DNA of 64,000 bases from a virus (IMGVR_UViG_3300025872_003406:1-64000); one strand, 5' to 3'; positions 16,642 to 24,913 are shown, counted from the stretch's first letter. Program-made: numbers and translations. Notes: a model not told the origin generated them from the sequence alone.

Positions 16642-16899
16642 ATGATGAAAAATCTAAAGATCAACGACGTCTTCGAGATTGCTGGACGCGAGTCCCTTTA
16701 TGTGGTAACTGGAGTTGCCATGACCGGTGGTGGTACCGGCCACGGTCACTATGACGTCTACCCCGATCGCCGTGAGATCACTGCGGCCAAGATTCTGGTC
16801 GATGGAATCGGTCGTCCGATTCGCTTCTACGAAGGTACCAAGAAGGTGACCAAGGTCGGTCGTGCCAAAATCGCCGTCACTGAAATCACCCTTTCGTAA
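16642..16899 (+). CDS. Hypothetical early protein
   Basis: ORF behind promoter cassette; MTGGGTGHG..DVYPD motif. Confidence 0.75.
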   Translation: MMKNLKINDVFEIAGRESLYVVTGVAMTGGGTGHGHYDVYPDRREITAAKILVDGIGRPIRFYEGTKKVTKVGRAKIAVTEITLS

Positions 16900-16953
16900 T
16901 CAACAACTTAGGTAATTCTTAGAGCTGTACATTTCACTCGAATTTGGTAGGAT
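16899..16953 (+). promoter_or_regulatory. Early promoter cassette
   Basis: ATCAACAACTTAGGTAATTCTTAG, CTGTAC-N17-TAGGAT, 6 nt to ATG. Confidence 0.8.
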
Positions 16954-16959
16954 ATTGGC

Positions 16960-17205
16960 ATGTTGAGCAACACTACCTTCAAGACGTACAAGTCTAGCGT
17001 TACCGATCTCGAACAGTTTGGCGTCCGTGACATCAATGCGTGGTACGCGCAGGAGTCGGAATACCGCACGACCGCTCAGGACATCGTGATGTCGATTGCC
17101 TCTGACATCCAGCATGTGCTCGGCGACTCCGAATTCGAGCAGAGTATCCGGTGGAGGCTCAACCGCATCAAGTGGATCACTCTCAACAAGTTGAGCAATC
17201 GCTGA
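16960..17205 (+). CDS. Hypothetical early protein
   Basis: ORF behind promoter cassette. Confidence 0.7.
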   Translation: MLSNTTFKTYKSSVTDLEQFGVRDINAWYAQESEYRTTAQDIVMSIASDIQHVLGDSEFEQSIRWRLNRIKWITLNKLSNR

Positions 17206-17228
17206 GCATCAACAACTTAGGAATCATC

Positions 17229-17501
17229 ATGAGAGAATCTACTACTCGTAAGCACGGCAAGAAGTACCTAGCTGTCACATCAGATGGTGCATTCGGGCCG
17301 ACGATCTACTACTTCAACTCGATCAAGGAGCTGTCGAAGTTTGATCGAGAAGACGTAAAGCGTAAGCGCTTGGCAATCTGGCGGGCCCACAATGGAGCGA
17401 TTTACCGAGTAGGTGCGGATGGTAGGTTACCCGCGGACGTCCTAAAGCGCGATGCCGAGCTCAATGTTCTAGTCGATTCTTCGGATCCTCGGCTAGCCTG
17501 A
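17229..17501 (+). CDS. Hypothetical protein
   Basis: ORF preceded by a truncated box (ATCAACAACTTAGG at 17208). Confidence 0.6.
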   Translation: MRESTTRKHGKKYLAVTSDGAFGPTIYYFNSIKELSKFDREDVKRKRLAIWRAHNGAIYRVGADGRLPADVLKRDAELNVLVDSSDPRLA

Positions 17502-17503
17502 CC

Positions 17504-17568
17504 ATCAACAACTTACGTAATTCTTAGAGTTATTTAGAGTTGTACATTTACTGAGAACTTGCTAGGAT
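17504..17568 (+). promoter_or_regulatory. Early promoter cassette
   Basis: ATCAACAACTTACGTAATTCTTAG, TTGTAC-N17-TAGGAT, 6 nt to ATG. Confidence 0.8.
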
Positions 17569-17574
17569 ATCCCC

Positions 17575-17856
17575 ATGATGAAAGCTATCACCCACAAAGG
17601 TACCTACTCCCCGATCGTCCGCAACAACGGCTGCGAAGTGACCCTCCTCCTGAAGAAGGGCAAGACCACGTTCGAGCAGGTCGTGTCCTACTCCGAGTTC
17701 TCCAAGCGCCAGCAGAAGATGCTGGCCCGCAACAAGACCGTCACGGAGTACCGGACGACCAAGAGCTACATGAACCCCACCGGCCCTGACATCCTGGTGG
17801 CCGTCGATGCTCCGCTCTCCTGCGATCCCTCCTCCGAGACCTACTGGTCGATGTGA
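17575..17856 (+). CDS. Hypothetical early protein
   Basis: Ends ..PLSCDPSSETYWSM, a recurrent phage motif. Confidence 0.75.
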   Translation: MMKAITHKGTYSPIVRNNGCEVTLLLKKGKTTFEQVVSYSEFSKRQQKMLARNKTVTEYRTTKSYMNPTGPDILVAVDAPLSCDPSSETYWSM

Positions 17857-17963
17857 TTCGCAACCTAAGCTCTTCTTTATCATGGACTACCAAAACATAC
17901 CTGAGAACCTGTCGGATGTCATCCGTGACGCGATGCTGGAGGAAGATTTCAGCCTCGTTGAGG

Positions 17964-18018
17964 ATCAACAACTTACGTAATTCTTAGTTGTTTACGCTGG
18001 CTCGGTTTTTGCTAGAAT
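17964..18018 (+). promoter_or_regulatory. Early promoter cassette
   Basis: ATCAACAACTTACGTAATTCTTAG, GTTTAC-N17-TAGAAT, 6 nt to ATG. Confidence 0.8.
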
Positions 18019-18024
18019 AATAGC

Positions 18025-18456
18025 ATGAAAGTCAAGCTCACCCTCGCCCTCCTCGCCACCGCGATCTCGGCCACCGCCGACACCCCGCGCCTGATCGAGG
18101 CTCTGGTCCGAGTCGAGTCCAACGGTAAGGCCAACGCGGTCGGTGACTCCGGCAAGGCCTTCGGCATCCTGCAGATCCATGAGATCACTGTGAAGGAAGC
18201 CAACCGTTTGGCCCAGACGCGCTTCACCCATGCGGACATGATGAATCCTACCAAGTCCCGTGAGGTCGCCACGATCGTCCTGAACCACTACGCCAAGCAC
18301 ATCCAGAAGACCACCGGACGCGAGGCGTCCGAGCAGGAACTGGCCTACATCTGGAACGGTGGAGCGTCATCCTGGAAGCGCGTGGCGGCTCCTCAGAATG
18401 ACACCAAACAGAAGAACCTTGAGCGTTACTGGAGCAAGGTTTCCCGAGTTCTCTGA
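18025..18456 (+). CDS. Secreted lysozyme-fold / lytic transglycosylase-like protein
   Basis: Signal peptide; LVRVESNG (catalytic ES), AFGILQI, IWNGG, YW.KV. Confidence 0.8.
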   Translation: MKVKLTLALLATAISATADTPRLIEALVRVESNGKANAVGDSGKAFGILQIHEITVKEANRLAQTRFTHADMMNPTKSREVATIVLNHYAKHIQKTTGREASEQELAYIWNGGASSWKRVAAPQNDTKQKNLERYWSKVSRVL

Positions 18457-18464
18457 TACCTACC

Positions 18465-18701
18465 ATGAATGACACACCCCTAACAGAGGCCAGAGTCGTA
18501 TTCTTCGGCTACAATCCTGACGAAGGGGACGAGTTCGTTCAGGCAGACTTTGCTCGAGATCTGGAGCGCCAGAACACCGCGCTGCTGAACGCTATCAAAG
18601 ACATCGCCTTGCTTACAGCAAACGGTGACGCGGAAAGAGCCAGCTGGGTTGCTCTTGGTATCCTCAATGACCCACGCGCCGCCATCGACGCAGCACGATA
18701 A
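18465..18701 (+). CDS. Hypothetical protein
   Basis: DTP.T...VQADFARDLER motif common in small phage ORFs. Confidence 0.65.
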   Translation: MNDTPLTEARVVFFGYNPDEGDEFVQADFARDLERQNTALLNAIKDIALLTANGDAERASWVALGILNDPRAAIDAAR

Positions 18702-18832
18702 ACGAGTCGGGCCTGTTTAAGTTCGACTAAAACGCATAGGATTTTCTGGCATTAGTAGAAAAACTGCGGTATTACAAAAGATCAACCATGACGGAACAGA
18801 GATAAAATATATTGTTAGTGGAGATTGATACT

Positions 18833-19156
18833 ATGAACCAAACCAAACAAAGAACCGCTATTGCTGAACATCTTGGCTATATTGATGTGCGTGATTATGT
18901 TGAAGATATGGATAATGACTATCTTTCTTTGATGGGAAGAAAGTATAAGAAGGGTCCGCTAATCCGCATTCCAGATTATCTAAATGATTTAAATGCTATG
19001 CACGAAGCGGAAGAGCATCTATCTACAGAAGAGATTAAGACATATATGGGGCATCTTCTTGATATTATGGGAATATCTGTGTGGTGCATTACTCATGTTA
19101 GTGCCGAACAGAGAGCAGAAGCATTTCTAAAAACTATCGGTAAGTGGAAAGAATAA
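18833..19156 (+). CDS. Phage ABA-sandwich-like domain protein
   Basis: IPDYLNDLNAMHEAE...RAEAFLKTIGKW. Confidence 0.65.
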   Translation: MNQTKQRTAIAEHLGYIDVRDYVEDMDNDYLSLMGRKYKKGPLIRIPDYLNDLNAMHEAEEHLSTEEIKTYMGHLLDIMGISVWCITHVSAEQRAEAFLKTIGKWKE

Positions 19157-19160
19157 TACT

Positions 19161-19487
19161 ATGGACAAGAATAAACAAATCATTGCTATTGCCGAATATT
19201 GCGGATGGCAACAAGTGATGGAACTTCACGGTTACATTAAGGGCATTCGACCCCCCACCCGAGGATGGATAACTGTGCCAGATTATCTAAATGATTTAAA
19301 TGCTATGCATAATGCGGAAAAGCATTTGCTGAACAGAGAGGGTGATGATTGGGGAATATATTGTGATAATCTAATGGACATTATTGTGTCGGCGGCAGGG
19401 TATAGTGCTGCTGATCTATATTGCCACGCATCCGCAGCAACCAGAGCAGAAGCATTTCTAAAGACCATTGGAAAGTGGGAAGAATGA
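19161..19487 (+). CDS. Phage ABA-sandwich-like domain protein (tandem paralogue)
   Basis: VPDYLNDLNAMHNAE...RAEAFLKTIGKW. Confidence 0.65.
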   Translation: MDKNKQIIAIAEYCGWQQVMELHGYIKGIRPPTRGWITVPDYLNDLNAMHNAEKHLLNREGDDWGIYCDNLMDIIVSAAGYSAADLYCHASAATRAEAFLKTIGKWEE

Positions 19488-19518
19488 GATATGGACAAAA
19501 TCAAACAGATTACTCATT

Positions 19519-19848
19519 ATGAAATCAGACCTTGATGTTCTTGGTTTATCAGACAAAGAAAAAATTGCTTTTCTTGAGCATCGCCACGAAATGATTATCA
19601 AATGGATTGAGCGTGAAAAACAAAGAGCGATTGATGCCAGAAAGCCACTACCAAGCCCGATGGATTTCCAAATGTCAACACCCGAAGAACAAGAAAAGGA
19701 AACTCGTGCAATCATGGAAAGTAATTGGCACCACGATGCTGTTAAAGGTGCATATTCATATCTGTTGACAGCAATCGAAGTTGGCGATGAACGAATGATT
19801 GCGAAACTTTACAAAGAAAAGTTTCCGAATAACGAATACTCGATTTGA
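19519..19848 (+). CDS. Hypothetical protein
   Basis: ORF in the AT-rich block. Confidence 0.6.
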   Translation: MKSDLDVLGLSDKEKIAFLEHRHEMIIKWIEREKQRAIDARKPLPSPMDFQMSTPEEQEKETRAIMESNWHHDAVKGAYSYLLTAIEVGDERMIAKLYKEKFPNNEYSI

Positions 19849-19851
19849 TTT

Positions 19852-20001
19852 ATGCCAAAATACATTGTAGAGTTGTATCTTGACGGTTATGACTCCGAAA
19901 AAGAAATGGAAGCAGCTTGTGATGAGTTTATCTATGAGCAGCTAAACATGACTGCCAGTTCTGTTAAAGTTACAAAGATTCCAGATGAGCAAGCATCGTA
20001 A
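19852..20001 (+). CDS. Small hypothetical protein
   Basis: MPKYIVELYLDGYDSEKEMEAACDEFIYEQLNMTASSVKV; fills the gap between neighbours. Confidence 0.6.
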   Translation: MPKYIVELYLDGYDSEKEMEAACDEFIYEQLNMTASSVKVTKIPDEQAS

Positions 20002-20218
20002 ACTATATAAAATCGAATATCTATTTGAGCATCCAAACTTTCCCAATGGTAGTAAATGGATGGACTTTACCATGTTCACCTGTATGCAAAAATCATTTGC
20101 TGAAGGAGCTTTTGCTATGTTAAAAGCTCATTATGGCGGTGAGAAGAAATATCGCTTAGTAGATAGTGAAGGTACTATTGTTGATCAATGGAACACTGGT
20201 AAAATAGTAGTTAATTAA
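19985..20218 (+). CDS. Hypothetical protein
   Basis: ORF in the AT-rich block. Confidence 0.6.
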   Translation: MSKHRKLYKIEYLFEHPNFPNGSKWMDFTMFTCMQKSFAEGAFAMLKAHYGGEKKYRLVDSEGTIVDQWNTGKIVVN

Positions 20219-20224
20219 CTCAAA

Positions 20225-20947
20225 ATGAACAAATTCCTAAAACTAATTGGCTATCAGCACAACTATGGTGGTAGAGAACCCTCATATAAGTTCAAGTGGG
20301 GCGAAATTGCTCTATGGTCAAAAGGCATTTCATTTAGATGGAGTGGGCCTCATTATTCTTATGAGCCGAAACTGATTGTCGCTTTATATTTCATTACTTT
20401 CTATATCAACACTCCATCGTTTGGAGTAGAAGCCGCGCAAATGTGTTCCGAAGATGAACGTAATTACGGCTTTTATCTTTTTCCTAATCTCAATAACTGG
20501 GAAACAACAGTTTTTGAGTTTCATAACAAATCAAAGCACATCAACATGCCCTGGACATATAAATGGAAACGCACTGAACTGCTTGATTGGGATATGAATA
20601 CAGTGTTGAAGGAAGAAGCGGGAGAAAGAGATTTTGATAAGTGGTATCGCGAAAGTCAGGCTTGGGTAGCAATCAACGCTAAGACTTACGACTATTTATA
20701 TGTTTTAGAGAATGGCGTTATACAATATCGCAAAGCTACTTGTCATATTGAACGTCGCACTTGGACTGTAAGATGGGCTCCTTGGATCAACAAAGTCAGC
20801 ACTACATTGGAAGTAAAGTTTGATGATGAAGTCGGTGAACGCAGTGGCTCTTGGAAAGGTGGAACGATTGGCTGCTCTTATGAAATGCTGCCAAATGAAA
20901 CCCCTGAACAAACTCTACGCAGAATGGAAAGGGAAAGAGAGTTTTGA
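20225..20947 (+). CDS. Conserved hypothetical phage protein
   Basis: FDDEVGERSGSWKGGTIGCSYEMLPNETPEQTLRRME motif. Confidence 0.75.
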   Translation: MNKFLKLIGYQHNYGGREPSYKFKWGEIALWSKGISFRWSGPHYSYEPKLIVALYFITFYINTPSFGVEAAQMCSEDERNYGFYLFPNLNNWETTVFEFHNKSKHINMPWTYKWKRTELLDWDMNTVLKEEAGERDFDKWYRESQAWVAINAKTYDYLYVLENGVIQYRKATCHIERRTWTVRWAPWINKVSTTLEVKFDDEVGERSGSWKGGTIGCSYEMLPNETPEQTLRRMEREREF

Positions 20948-21014
20948 TTAAAAACTTGACCTTTAACGGAACTGTACCATAATAATACAATTCATTCGTC
21001 TACAGAAACTATTC

Positions 21015-21389
21015 ATGAAATCAAAGTCCGTATTTCTATCAAATCTACACTATTTCTATGCTCAAACGGATGGATCATATGCCATTCCGAATAGTGCCGA
21101 AGGTGATTTACTAAAAACTGCCAAGAAAGAAATAGAAGAGTTGATGGAAGAAAAGCAGTGGCTACGAGAAACTTTATCCGATGAGGCCAAAAACTATTTT
21201 GATATGGCACAAATCAGATTGCCTGAACTATTGCGAGAAAACGAAAAACTGCGTGAGGCACTAAAAGAAATCAGCACCGAGGCTCATTGTATTGCCAAAG
21301 CAGGTCCATTGAATACACCAACATTACATGATGCTTGGGGTAAGTTTATGGCAATAGACGCTATGGCAACGAAAGCATTATCAAAATGA
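21015..21389 (+). CDS. Hypothetical coiled-coil protein
   Basis: ORF preceded by a TTGACC..CATAAT promoter-like sequence. Confidence 0.6.
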   Translation: MKSKSVFLSNLHYFYAQTDGSYAIPNSAEGDLLKTAKKEIEELMEEKQWLRETLSDEAKNYFDMAQIRLPELLRENEKLREALKEISTEAHCIAKAGPLNTPTLHDAWGKFMAIDAMATKALSK

Positions 21390-21712
21390 GCGATACACCA
21401 CATACTCAAAAAGTACAAGTAGATAATCTTGGCAAGCCTTGGCATTATGCTTATAAAGAGTTGTATAATCACGCCTGTGAACAAGAAAAGGAGATTAACC
21501 AGTTGAAGGCAGATTTCGTAAACATTACTGGGCGTTATATGAAAGAAAACGCTAAACTAAAAACACTATTAAATCAAATACGCAATGAACCAAAACTTTG
21601 GAAATCGGGTCGTGCTGGAAGACAAGACCAGTATGCTGGAATGCCGCCATTTGTTCCTATGATTGACGCTATTATGAAACAGCATCTTGACGAAGGAGGT
21701 ACACCGACATGA
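21386..21712 (+). CDS. Hypothetical protein
   Basis: ATGA overlap with the previous gene; MSDTP start motif. Confidence 0.6.
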   Translation: MSDTPHTQKVQVDNLGKPWHYAYKELYNHACEQEKEINQLKADFVNITGRYMKENAKLKTLLNQIRNEPKLWKSGRAGRQDQYAGMPPFVPMIDAIMKQHLDEGGTPT

Positions 21713-21900
21713 GTGTTGAAGGAAAAGAGATCCGTAGCCTTGAGCTCGTTGATTCGAGCGATCCGCGTCTCACGACTACGTGTAAAACCGCCAAGAAAAG
21801 CCACAAAAAACCACAAAGAGCGAAGACTACGAGGATGATCGTCCGAGTATGCTCAAGTGGGTTATGGAAAATCGCTTGAGAATAAATAACTCTGCAATTA

Positions 21901-22034
21901 GTTCTTTTCAGTGAGCCTACTTCTAACAAAGTAGACCAAGACTACGTTTCGGCCAATGTCCATACGACTAAGATGGCCTAAATACCATAAAGCATACTTC
22001 AAGACACAATTGGAGTAGGCTCACTGAAAAGAAC
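21901..22034. repeat. 21-bp perfect inverted repeat enclosing a 92-nt spacer (candidate ncRNA)
   Basis: GTTCTTTTCAGTGAGCCTACT (21901-21921) / AGTAGGCTCACTGAAAAGAAC (22014-22034). Confidence 0.85.
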
Positions 22035-22042
22035 ACTTTTTG

Positions 22043-22071
22043 ATTTACTTCCTGACCGAACACGGTAGGAT
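22043..22071 (+). promoter_or_regulatory. Early promoter
   Basis: ATTTAC-N17-TAGGAT, 7 nt to ATG 22079. Confidence 0.7.
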
Positions 22072-22078
22072 CTACACT

Positions 22079-22351
22079 ATGAACACGACTGACAAGTATT
22101 CCCGAGCCGATCTGCTCGAGGCCCTCCGCAACAACAAGGTTGTTGTGACCTTCACGAAGGTCGATGGTACCGTGCGTGACCTGTATTGCACGCTGAAGAA
22201 CGACCTGATCCCGGCCGACAAGGTTCCGAAGAACGAGAAGCCGATCAAGGAGAATGACTCAGTCATCCGAGTCTTCGGCCTCGACCAGTCCAATGGATGG
22301 CGTTCGTTCCGCGTGGCTTCTGTCACCGGAATGACCATCATCAACGACTAA
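22079..22351 (+). CDS. WYL_2 / Sm-like SH3 beta-barrel protein
   Basis: VTFTKVDGTVRDLYCTL...GWRSFR motif. Confidence 0.8.
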   Translation: MNTTDKYSRADLLEALRNNKVVVTFTKVDGTVRDLYCTLKNDLIPADKVPKNEKPIKENDSVIRVFGLDQSNGWRSFRVASVTGMTIIND

Positions 22352-22355
22352 TCCA

Positions 22356-23576
22356 ATGGCTGTCGAAGACATACTCAAGAACGCCAAGAAGCGCACCAAG
22401 AAGGCCCGCAAGCACATCGGTGGTGTTGATGCCACTGATGAGCGTTACACCGGTCTCGAACCGGTCTGGGACAATTGGTCCTCGTGGCCCAAGGAAAAGT
22501 TCCATGCGGAACGCTCTCGCGCGTTCAATTTCTACAACTACTACCAGGACTCGAAGGCCATGAAGCCTCGTGTGCTCGAGTGGATGGAGGCCAACGGCTA
22601 TTCCAAGGAGGACGTCTCCGCGGTTCGCCGTACGGCTGACTACCTTCCTGGTGTGACCACCGGCACGCTGTGCACCTGCATGCTCCGTGGCATGCCGGAG
22701 AAGCACCCAGAACTCGATTATACGAGCGATCGGGAGTTCGTGGATACCAGCATTCGCAACACAATCTCGATCGGCCGTAGCATGGCCCGGGAGGCATCCA
22801 AAGGTGACTCTGGAAGCCCTGCAGCACCCTCGGTTTCTCCGATGGAGCTGCTGCGGAACAAGGCCACGCGTACGATCATCCGTGACCTCGATGAGATGAT
22901 CGACCTGTGGGTCCTCAAGAAGGACTATGATCCGATCGATATCTATGCCAGGATGCAACACCATGGCCTCTCTGCCATGGCCTGTGCGACCGTGGAGAAC
23001 TTCCTGACGCGTCATATGACCGAGATCCAGAAGGCTCTGGATGGTTCGGATCCTTACCTCGTGGAGGTCTACCAGAACGAACCGAAGCCTGCCCTCAAGA
23101 AGAAGGTACAGGCATTCGAGAAGATGCTGGCCGATCTGGAACGCTTCCGTCATGCAGCCAAGGCCACTCGTGCTCCTCGTGAGAAGAAGCCGATCTCTGC
23201 TCAGAAGCAGATCGCTAATCTGAAGTACTGCAAGGAGAACGCCGAGCATAAGATCGCCTCGATCGATCCTCAACGGATCGTCGGTGCCTACCGCCTCTTG
23301 GCCTTCAATGTCAAGTACCGCATGCTGATCGATTACGTGGCCCAGAACGAGAAGGGTCTTTCCATCAAGGGTACCACACTGCAGAACGTGGATGAGGTCA
23401 ACACTCGGTCCATCCGCCTGCGCAAACCTGACGAGTTCCTGCCTATCGTACTCGGTAGTACACCAAAGCAGATCAACAAGGCCTGGGAGAAGCTGACCAC
23501 CAAGGAAAGCAAACCCAATGCTCGTATCGGATCTGAGGTCGTGCTCCTACGAGTCTTCGAGAGGAGGGACGTCTGA
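22356..23576 (+). CDS. Conserved hypothetical protein (usual upstream neighbour of gp33)
   Basis: AFNFYNY, FNVKYR, IKGTTLQN, LRKP, PNARI motifs; synteny. Confidence 0.8.
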   Translation: MAVEDILKNAKKRTKKARKHIGGVDATDERYTGLEPVWDNWSSWPKEKFHAERSRAFNFYNYYQDSKAMKPRVLEWMEANGYSKEDVSAVRRTADYLPGVTTGTLCTCMLRGMPEKHPELDYTSDREFVDTSIRNTISIGRSMAREASKGDSGSPAAPSVSPMELLRNKATRTIIRDLDEMIDLWVLKKDYDPIDIYARMQHHGLSAMACATVENFLTRHMTEIQKALDGSDPYLVEVYQNEPKPALKKKVQAFEKMLADLERFRHAAKATRAPREKKPISAQKQIANLKYCKENAEHKIASIDPQRIVGAYRLLAFNVKYRMLIDYVAQNEKGLSIKGTTLQNVDEVNTRSIRLRKPDEFLPIVLGSTPKQINKAWEKLTTKESKPNARIGSEVVLLRVFERRDV

Positions 23577-23806
23577 TGTTAGACAATATCCTGACCAAAG
23601 CATCGCTGGCCGAGAAGGTCGAATCTCTCGTCAAATCCGAGAAGATGTCCTACATCGAGGCGGTCATCCATATCTGCAACGAGATGGGAGTCGATCCGGC
23701 CGACATCGGTAAGCTGATCGCACCCTCCATTAAGTCCAAGATCGAGGCCGAGGGAATGGCCTCCAATCTTCTTCCAAAAACCAATACACTGAAAGGGTTC
23801 CTATGA
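23576..23806 (+). CDS. gp33: Late promoter transcription co-activator gp33
   Basis: MSYIEAVIHICNE..DPADIGKLI...KSKIEAE...NLLPK. Confidence 0.9.
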   Translation: MLDNILTKASLAEKVESLVKSEKMSYIEAVIHICNEMGVDPADIGKLIAPSIKSKIEAEGMASNLLPKTNTLKGFL

Positions 23807-23997
23807 GCACAGATCAAACCGTAAACATTAGCGCCAATCCCGATGGTACGCTGGCTGCCAAGCCTGCCAAGATCCCGTTGAAGTACCGTCCTCGTCGCGG
23901 CCGTCATCCTGAGGTGACAGCCGGTGCATTCGGCAACGGCCGCAAGCACAATGGCATCAAGTACCGTCGTAGCTCCCTGATCCGTCGCTTTCGATGA
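23803..23997 (+). CDS. Small basic hypothetical protein
   Basis: ATGA overlaps on both sides. Confidence 0.55.
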   Translation: MSTDQTVNISANPDGTLAAKPAKIPLKYRPRRGRHPEVTAGAFGNGRKHNGIKYRRSSLIRRFR

Positions 23998-24245
23998 TGA
24001 AGGTCTACACACTCGATCAGAACGATCTGCAGAGGACCGGTCAAGCGGCCACCACTGCATTTCTGAATACGGCTCTGGCTGATAAGGTCATCACTCAGGA
24101 GCAATACGATGAACTCTCGAAGTACTGTATGATCTGCCATACCCCAAATGGATTCATTGAGCGGCTGAAAAACGCCATCGGATTCAACAAGGAAGAGAAT
24201 GGGTATGAGAAGATCTACTGGACTGCGCATCAACTCACAAGGTAA
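23994..24245 (+). CDS. Hypothetical protein
   Basis: Translationally coupled ORF. Confidence 0.6.
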   Translation: MMKVYTLDQNDLQRTGQAATTAFLNTALADKVITQEQYDELSKYCMICHTPNGFIERLKNAIGFNKEENGYEKIYWTAHQLTR

Positions 24246-24859
24246 TGCAGCCCTGGGAGGCATATCAGATATATACTGCACTGAAGCTACACTTTGAGTC
24301 AGAGTCCTACGACGCCTTAAAGTATAACTTCAGAACTTCTGCTAGCCAGAAGTCGTTCCTTCAAAGACGGGATCGCTTTCACTTCGCCAAGCTGGCCAGG
24401 AAGTATCCCGAACAAAAAACTTTGGTCGAATTCCTGGTTGCCAATTTCTCTAAAAACGGAAAGGGCATCTGGGCTGGAGACCTACTCGATAACGAAGGTG
24501 AGGAGACGTACCGAGACTGGCTGAAGAAGCGAGACTCGTTCACGTACTTTTTTACTGGAGAAGTCGATAAACTTGCTGACTATTGCAGGAGCCATTCGCT
24601 CTCGTTCGATCAATTATTTGCTCGGACCGGAGAGGATCATCCTGTGATCGTCAAGCTTTTCGGACAAGGCGAAATCTCAAAGGAGACGGTCACCGTCCTC
24701 GATGAGCTACTCAACTTCCTGAAGCATCAGAACGTAACAGAGACGATCTTCTGGCCAGAATTTGAGAAGTCAGTCCGAAAATACCGGCCATTCCTAAGGC
24801 AGAGCGTGGATCTCGCAAAGTGCAAGCAAATTGTGCTTTCGAGATTTACATCCGCCTAG
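24245..24859 (+). CDS. gp59: Helicase loader gp59
   Basis: AYQIYTALKLHF..YDALKY, RRDRFHFAKL, FLVANF, KYRPFL; upstream of gp32. Confidence 0.92.
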   Translation: MQPWEAYQIYTALKLHFESESYDALKYNFRTSASQKSFLQRRDRFHFAKLARKYPEQKTLVEFLVANFSKNGKGIWAGDLLDNEGEETYRDWLKKRDSFTYFFTGEVDKLADYCRSHSLSFDQLFARTGEDHPVIVKLFGQGEISKETVTVLDELLNFLKHQNVTETIFWPEFEKSVRKYRPFLRQSVDLAKCKQIVLSRFTSA

Positions 24860-24913
24860 TGTCAGCATACAGTCATACATTGTTACACATACTAACCATA
24901 CATCGCACATACT

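Larger units (their letters stand above)
18720..21712. other. AT-rich inserted gene block
   Basis: Visible drop in GC and switch to A/T-ending codons relative to both flanks; boundaries approximate. Confidence 0.65.

Noticed and set aside
17882-17980. 32-codon ORF MDYQNIPENL..
   Set aside because: Very short and runs into the promoter box; possible but unsupported.
16581-17987. CRISPR-like array from the repeated ATCAACAACTTAGGTAATTCTTAG
   Set aside because: Spacing is ~300-460 bp with whole genes between copies, each full copy abuts a promoter, and no cas genes are present.
21901-22034. Rho-independent terminator or IS ends
   Set aside because: A 92-nt loop is too long for a terminator, and there is no transposase or obvious target duplication.
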